Positions 56,164 through 64,000 of a DNA stretch of 64,000 nt are shown here, piece by piece. The DNA lies in NCBI RefSeq assembly GCF_009914755.1, contig NC_060933.1; one strand, 5' to 3'. Numbering within the stretch: position 1 is the stretch's first letter; each line of letters starts with the position of its first letter. This stretch comes from the human T2T-CHM13v2.0 reference genome, Homo sapiens. The position numbers were made by a program, and so were the translations under genes. A model generated the notes under the pieces. That model had not been told where the DNA came from, ran no database searches, and worked only from the letters and a program-made list of their open reading frames with translations.

Positions 56164-57443
56164 GGAATTCTATTTAGTCATAAAAAGGAATGAAATTCTG
56201 ATACGTGCTACAACGTAGGTGAAACTTAGACGCATTATACTAAGTAAATAAGTCAAAGATAAAATGACAAATATTGAATGATTCTACTTACGTAAGTTAC
56301 ACAGGGTAGATAAATTTATAGAGACAGAAAGTAGAACAGAAACTACCAGGGGCTGGGAGGAGGGAAGAATGGAAGTTATTGTTTAACAGGAACAGAGTTT
56401 CTACTTGGGATGATGAAAGAGTTCTAAAAATGGATAGTTGTGACAGTTGCACATCATGAATGTACTTAATGCCACTAAATTGTGTGTTTAAAGTGGTGAA
56501 AATGGTAAATTTTATGTTATGTATATTCCGTCACAATTTTTTTTAAAGTAGAAGACTTTAAAAAAGAAAGATTCTCTCTGTCATGTGTATTTTACATTTT
56601 CTGTCAACAACTGAGCCTGGGCAACAGGTCCCTCCTTTGTGCTCTGACATCTCCTTGTACTTGTTCAGTCATAGTATGTGTGACATTACATTTTAATTGC
56701 CTATTTTGTTCTCCTCACTGGATAATAAGCTTCACGAGGGCTGATACTATGTCTGATGTGCTCTCTGATACATCGAATGTCTGGCACTGTGCTTGACTTC
56801 AGTAGCTGCTCAATAAATATTTGTTGTAGCAAACTGGAGTCCATTGTTTTTACTAGGACTCCAAATCACCCCTTCAAAAATTCACTTTAGTTTATTTAAG
56901 AAAAATAGACTATTGTAGATACCACAATACACTTTTAAAAGTCAAATACAAACTTCCAAGGAAACTCAATTGCTTTATCTATTCTCTCTTACTTTTATTA
57001 CTTAATAAAAACACTTAAGAAAACACAAAAGAACAGTTAGTCACATGGAAGTTTGTGCTATCTTTTGCTACATTAGTTTTTCTATTCTGAAATTTCTGTG
57101 ACCTTCAGGACCAACTGAAACATAGTTTTTTGCCTTATTGACTTAGGCCTACCCACTAGTGCCAAAAAGGGGTAGCTGCAGGTGTAAGTTACAGATTTTC
57201 TGACCTAAAGAGTTGTTCAAGGAAAGAGGTCTGGTTTGGGTTTTTTTGGACATTCTTCATAATTTCCAGGAATGTTTTCAGCAAGTCACAGGAGCTGCCT
57301 ACACATGTATGACTTGTGATTTAAAAATGTAATTGGAATAACTGCAGTAGCTGATCTCTACAGATGTCTTCTTGATGAATGACACCACCCCTATTTGAAC
57401 CTTTGCATAATCAGCTCCCACATTGGTCTGCTCTGACCACACA

Positions 57444-58013
57444 TAGTAAGTCCTCACTTAACACCGTCAACAGGTTCTTGGAAACTGTGTCTTTAAGAAA
57501 AAACAACATACTCCAAAACTAATTTATACTATAGACTAATTGATATAAGCAAAAGTCAAGATCTGCAGCATATTTCTGGTTACAAAAACATCATCGAACT
57601 TCTAAATAAAGACCAAAACATTTCTCATATTAAACACTGAAGGAAATGTGAGCTATACATACATTTAGTATTCCAGTTCAGTTCAGGGTCATGGGTGGCT
57701 GGAGTCTGTCCTCGCAGCTCAGGCACAAGGCAGGAACTCACCCTCACCCTGGACATGTTGTCATCCCATCCAAGGGAACACTCACGCCCACACCCACATT
57801 CACTCAGTCTGAAATCATTTAGACACACCAGTTCACCAAGTGTGCACATCTTTGGGATGTAGTTGGAAACCAGAGTACCTGGAGAAAGCATGGACAGAAC
57901 GTGCAAACTCCACGGAGACAGTGGCCCCAGCAGGGAATTGGTTATCTTTTTTCCCTCATTATCATTATAACAAAAGCACTTTGAATGAAACAACATTATT
58001 CAAAGATCCGTTG
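57444..58013 (+). mobile_element. MER82-like TcMar-Tigger element
   Basis: Termini agtaagtcctcacttaac...ttgaatgaaacaacattattcaaagatccgttg; internal cagttcagggtc...aaaccagagtacctggaga. Confidence 0.85.
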
Positions 58014-58027
58014 CAAAAAAAAAAAAA

Positions 58028-58209
58028 GTCCCCAGCCATATGGCCCTAGGCATATGATCCATCCAGGTGAGGCTTCAGCCTCATGGCACCGAGACAAGCC
58101 AGCCCTACTATGCCCTGCCATGTTCCTGACCAACAGAATTGGGAGCATACGAAAACGGCTGTGTTTTATACCACTCAAAATTGAGGAGGTTTATTACGTA
58201 ATTGGAACA
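58028..58209 (+). mobile_element. MLT1I/J-like LTR 3' fragment
   Basis: gagacaagcc...tgccctg...ttcctgaccaacagaa...tgttttataccact...aattggaaca. Confidence 0.65.
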
Positions 58210-58754
58210 ACACTTTTAAGTGTTTGTTTGAAAACAATCGCATTGTTTCATGCTCACAAATATATAGACGTGTGTGTTCTGGGAGTGCCTAAAAAGATTT
58301 CAGCTTACAGCTCTACCACATAGGAAAGTCACCTGATCCTTTTTAGCTTCCATTTTATCACCTGTAAATGGGATAATAAGTAATATTTCCCTTATGCTGT
58401 GGTTGTGATACTGCAGGTGAAAACACTTAGTAAACTGTGAATTGCTGTACAAAATTTCCAGTAGCAGTGGTGATCCCAGGTGGTGGCAGTGGAGTTGTGT
58501 GCAGTGATGATGGCGGTGGTTGTGGTTAAAGTTTAATCAGGTGGCAGTCAATGTTTTCTGTAAACATGTGAGCAAACCATATATCTGCAAGAACATTCTC
58601 AAGTCTAAGCATTGAAAAGTGCTCTGTGAGATACAAAAGCATAAGACAATCCTTGCCCTTAAAACCTGACAATATCATTCAGATAACAATATTGAAGTTC
58701 ATAAAAGATCAATATATATTTTCTTGAAAAATAAAATTAAAAAATTAGACCCTA

Positions 58755-59099
<345 letters not shown>

Positions 59100-60379
59100 T
59101 CAGAGTTGAGAAAAATCTATATGGCTTTATAGAGAAGGTAGTTGTCCTGGAAACCGGGATGGATATTCCCTGAAAACCGTGATGAATGGCTACAGGAAAG
59201 AGAGGCCCTTACCAAACAAACAGGAGGAAAGGCATGTAAGGGAGACATGAACGTGCAAATGCTGGCGCAGATGTGCTTCAAGGTCTGTCCAACTTAAAGT
59301 GGGAATGTTCCCAGGGACATCGAACCTTCCAGGGTCACTGCCTGCTCTGTGCAGCATGCACTTGGAGCCCTCTTTGATCTGGTTCCAAGGCGTCACTTGC
59401 TTTTGTGTCTGAAACAAAACAGGACAGGCACCAGTCATCTTTTTTCTCTTCAGGTGAACAGCATTAACCATCCCCTTTCTGGCACGGTTTGCATTTTAGA
59501 AATTCATGTCTTGGTCAGTGGGGAAATGAGAGAATGGGAGAATCAGAAAACATTTTCCCCATAGAATCATTAGTACTAAAAGTGGTTAAATTCCCAGGCT
59601 TTCAGGGAAAGTGTATAAAATCCAGCCAGTGTGGCTTATCATTGGTGATTTGGGGGAAATAATATGTGTATCCTATGTGGGATGGCCATGTCATTTCTCT
59701 TCCCAGGACAGGAGGAGTGATGATGGCAGTGGAACACATGAGATCCCCGCTAATCATCCTGTCTTCCCCATCGCCCTTGCTCTGATTCTTCTCTGTCTAA
59801 TGACTCTGGCTACTAAGAGCACCATGAGCCTCTCTCCCAGGTCAATCCATGAGACCCTCATCAGGAATGAGTGGCTTCCCAGCCACACCTTTTTCACTGG
59901 CTTCCAGGGAGTTGTCCTGCTGCCTGCCTCTCTTTTACCCCCACTCTTCGTGGTTTCACATCGCACTCTCTGCTCTCAGGCCACAGGCAGGGGCTGTTTC
60001 CTCCTGTCCTCAGTTCTCTGAAGATGATATAAGGCCTTTCCATGGCTTTCTAAGTACTTCTATTCCTACCACAATAGGAGGCAGGAGGAGATGGAGCAGA
60101 AAGCAGGGAGACACAGCAGCTTCACGTCTTTCCTAACAGCCGGTTTATGGACAGAGCCAGGTGCTGTTCCCCAGGCTTCAGCTCCACCACTGCCAGGCAC
60201 AGCCAGGAAGGTCCATGACTTTTTCTCTTTTCCCTAGAAAGAACTCTGGGCTCCGTTTATGCAAAAATGCTCTGTATCAGCATCGCCTCTGACTCATTCC
60301 TCCTTGCATTTTCTCTGTCCTCTAAGTGACAGTGAGAAGGACTCTGCCTCAGAGCTACTTCCGAGGAAGAGTTGGCAAT

Positions 60380-60620
60380 AATTATAATTAGAGCTGCCAT
60401 AGACTGATTGAGTGTCTACTGTGTTAGGAACTCCACTAAGCTCAAACTTAATATAACAGGTAAAATTAATGAGCTCATGTGCCATATTATGGGTGAGACT
60501 TTTATACATATTGTCTCTTTTGATAGTGCAGCAACCCCACAATGTAGGAATCATTAGTGCCACTCTGTAGAGGAGGTGGCCAAGGTTTAGAGAGTAAAGT
60601 GGCTTGTCCAAAGTCCCATG
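60380..60620 (-). mobile_element. MIR
   Basis: gattgagtgtctactgtgttagg...aagtggcttgtccaaagtccca. Confidence 0.7.
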
Positions 60621-61944
60621 GTTCCCATTCTCTCTGCATCCAAACCTCTCCTCTCACCTGCAGACTTGGTGGAGGCCCTTGTCTTTCCCTTTCAAGCAAG
60701 GCATCACAGCTCTTCCCTATGTAACACCCAATTTTTCCTTCTTTTCCCCCTACCCCAAGCCCAGACCCATCCCAGTCATATGGTACCCTCTGCCAGTGGC
60801 TCCTTTTTCTGCCAGTCATAGGTGCCAAGACCAAAGGAAGTACAAGTCCAGGCTGTGTTGGTGGTGGTCCAGAGATCTTCCCATCATGGCCTAAAACCCA
60901 AGTCTTCTTCAGCTCCCACAGAACAATTTCCCCCAAGAAAAAGGCTTAGAGGTGGAGGCTGCATCATCACAAATTCCTTTCATTGGGAGACTGACGCTTG
61001 GATCCAACTTCTCACCCCACACTTCAACTCTGGTAGAACTTGGATTTTAGGGGAGATGAGTTGACAGTATTTCCCCACCCTTTTCAATTATATACACCTT
61101 TGAACTTTTAACTCCATGCCACAGGACACTTCTAGACTCATCTTCCTCTACCAATTGCTCCCTGATTCAATGATCTGCCCATTCATCTCTTCACAAAAAC
61201 CTCAGATACTAGCCATCTTCTTTTCTTGTAATTCATCCTCTGTGTTAAAAATTGTTAAGGAGGATGAGAAAACCAGTTATCCTATGCCTATTCTCAGGTC
61301 ACAGACAGGTCTCAGTAATCGAGATATCAAGATGCAGGGAAAAGAGAAAATAGAGGGAGATCCCTGGTGCCAGTGGGGAAAAAGACAATGGATGTGCTGT
61401 GGTGCTCCAGCTGACCCCACAAGAGTCGGTATGAGGATTAAACGAGATAAAGAATGGCAAAGATTTTTAAACTCTCCAGCGACATAGAAGTATGATAATT
61501 CTATATATAGCAAAGCTCCTCAATGTTAACATTGTTTTATATTTTGAAGTTTCTGAAGACAAAATCCATCTTCCAATTAATAGATGCACTGACTTTAGTA
61601 AGAATTTTTTCCCCTACCACCAAAAGGTGCTGCTAACGCAGAGGTAGATTTTATGATAGATGGCATCTTAGGATCCAGACCATTCCATATAAGTTAGTTT
61701 GACACCCTCAAGTGAGGAGCTGGAGATGAGACTGAAGTTGTGGGAGATGAGACTGAAGTTGTGTCTTGTTCAATAAGAGTATATTCTGAGATATATGGCC
61801 CCACCTGAGCCATGTCATGGAGGAAAGTCTCTAGCTACTGCTGTGCCAAGCTGGAGAAGAAAAACAGAAAGTGAGGACAAGCTCTAAATTGCATTAGGGC
61901 AAGGGAGGGCAAGATGAGGCCCACCTCGCTCTTTAACTTTTACT

Positions 61945-62255
61945 AGGACTAGGGCGAAAAGTACAATGAAAGGCCCCTGCGGCCCTCCCACTTTATCTTC
62001 TCACCCCAGATCAGTTCTACAAGAGAAGGGTCTTCACATACATGCATGTGGGCACACAGGCCTATGCATACTGACCACATCTACTGACCCCAGCAGCCAC
62101 TAGCTACCCTCCAGGCTAGGTGTGGCACATCAGTGGCATTGTTCACCCTTGAATAGTTCTGGGAAAGAAGCTCACACAAGCTCAGGAAGCATGCTTACGG
62201 CCCTTTGGGTAGGGAATTCCAGAATCTCAGTACTTGTAGTATGGTCTAGATGGTA
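61945..62255 (+). mobile_element. MamRep1894-like ancient DNA element
   Basis: ggactagggcgaaaagtacaa...ttgggtagggaattccag...tggtctaga; resembles the inverted copy at 37320-37598. Confidence 0.5.
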
Positions 62256-62289
62256 AGCTCAAGAAAGGCAGCCATCTAACTCTGAGAAG

Positions 62290-62912
62290 TTAGACAAAGC
62301 ACAGTTCAGAACATTGCTCTTACTCCTGACACCAACTATAATTTCAGGGATTCTGAAGACCACCCTCAGTTTTGATTATACTAAAAGGGCTCACAGAACT
62401 CACTGAAAGCTGTTATACTCAAGGTTATGGTTTATTACAAGGAAGAAGATTGACTAAAAGTAGCCAAAGGAAGAGATTCATCAGGTAGGTTTCAGGATGC
62501 TTCCAAATGTAGAACTTCCAGTTGTCCTCTCCCCATGGAATCATAAACAGCGCTAACTCCTCTCAGTAATAATGTGTGACAATATGCAGAGTACTGCCAA
62601 CTGAGGAATTTCCCCAAGTCTTGGTACTCAGACTTTTTCTGGGAGTTCAGTGACATACCTGGCTTCTCACATAATTGAACTTTAGTCTTGAGCCCCTCTA
62701 GAGGCCCAGATGACAGTTTTAATTTCCATCTCCTCTGGAGATAGAGCAGATAACATGCGACACAAAGCCCTTTTCATAAAACACACTGTTAGATTGTCCA
62801 TTGAGTCTGAAGGTCGCCAGGTAAAAAATGACACTCTTCCTTGAAATAACTTCCCCAGAGACCAGGCCAAAGGGCAAAACTTTCTTTGAGTAAGGTTAAT
62901 TGTTTATTACAT
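62290..62912 (-). mobile_element. MER21C-like LTR
   Basis: aagaccaccctcag...ctcacagaactcactgaaagctgttatactca...ggccaaagggcaaaactttctttgagtaaggttaatt. Confidence 0.85.
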
Positions 62913-62943
62913 AGCTTCACATTTCTGACTTATGGAGGTGCTC

Positions 62944-63125
62944 AGACTAACCAGAAAAGATACAGGGTGCCCCACTACATTTGAAATTTAGGTAAATAAT
63001 AAATGCTATTTTAGTATAAGTATGTCCCAAATACTGCATGGGACATACTTATACTTTTAAAAACTTGTTTGAAATTGGAACTTAACTAGATGTCTATATC
63101 TTTATTCACTAAGCCTGGCAATCCC
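62944..63125. mobile_element. MER53 palindromic DNA element
   Basis: Central palindrome agtataagtatgtccca-N9-tgggacatacttatact; terminus ctggcaatccc. Confidence 0.9.
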
Positions 63126-63519
63126 AATGGGCAGGGTCAAGGATAGAGGTAGGCCAGAAACTGTGCCTTCTACAGCATGATCCTCTGAGTAGTGAAATCG
63201 TCTGGGACCAAGGGTGGAACTGGGCAGCATATCTATTAATATATATTTCCTGCAAACCTAAAGCAGAGTTGAGGACAGAAAAAGTCAGTCCCAGGGTCTC
63301 TAGCCAGGGATGGCAATTCATAGCAGGAAAAGTTTAACAACACAGCTGTGGCCAAAACTAGCACATTGACAACGAGTGAAGGGCCACAGGACCAGAGTAG
63401 AGCTGGTCACTCCAGACACAGCATGCGGCCAGAAGCCTGTCTCCATGAGTCAGTTTTAGATATCCCAAACTCACCCCTGTCAGCAAACCTCTGTTGGAGT
63501 CTCCCTCCTTGGACTCAGG

Positions 63520-63700
63520 CATACTTAGGTTTACATCTCAGTTTTACTACTGATAAGTTGTTGTCCTAGGAAGATTATTTTCCAGTTTCCTCTTCTATAA
63601 ATTGGGAATACAACATGTTTCAGAAAATTTTTGGAGAAAACCTGAGCTACTTTGTACAAATCTTCTAGCATGTAATAGTTGCTTAAGAAAATTTACTTCT
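63520..63700 (+). mobile_element. MIR fragment
   Basis: cagtttcctcttctataaattgggaata...ctagcatgtaatagttgcttaagaaa. Confidence 0.6.
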
Positions 63701-64000
63701 TTTCCTCCATTTTAAATGAACATTTTATTTTGTTATGAAGGTATACAATTTGAAGACACCTGTGAGAGAAACTAACTAATGAAATTGATGAAACGAATTA
63801 ATTTTTTTTTTTGCTAAGGAAGTGAAATATGGATTGTTTATATTTCCTATCCCTGCTCTAAGTCTTTGCAGCCTCTGCAGGCTTAAAAAAGAACACTCAC
63901 AAGCATAGAAAAAACTATATCCATATGGGAAAAAAGTCACCAACATCCCACATGACTAATTTCTTAGAAACCACTCCCCGAAACACCAACCACTTAATAT

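Noticed and set aside
59611-61487. Cluster of 95-144-aa ORFs
   Set aside because: No recognisable domains, overlapping frames on both strands and partly MIR-derived; consistent with chance in a more GC-rich patch.

Overview
Primate (most likely human) non-coding genomic DNA: AT-rich, CpG-depleted and largely made of interspersed repeats. I count 12 Alu elements or fragments (AluJ/S/Y), L1PA/L1PB/L1M LINEs including a near-full-length decayed L1MB, L2 and MIR fragments, ERVL/MaLR LTR elements (LTR16 with a HERV16-like internal gag/pol remnant, MLT1, MST, MER76, MER21C) and fossil DNA transposons (MER3/5/33/53/58/82, Zaphod3-like, MamRep1894-like), plus several microsatellites. No host protein-coding gene, RNA gene, CpG island or CRISPR array can be supported; the supplied ORFs are repeat-derived or spurious. 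I found no evidence for a new biological system. The most notable signals are rearrangement scars: a 38-bp copy of unique sequence from 2.4 kb away captured inside an Alu A-tail, a ~700-bp inversion that splits an MSTB LTR, a twin-primed L1, and a multi-layer transposon nest at one TCTAGA site. There are also a few candidate cis-regulatory motifs and hairpins. Repeat subfamily names come from recalled consensus sequences, not a database search, and many boundaries are approximate.
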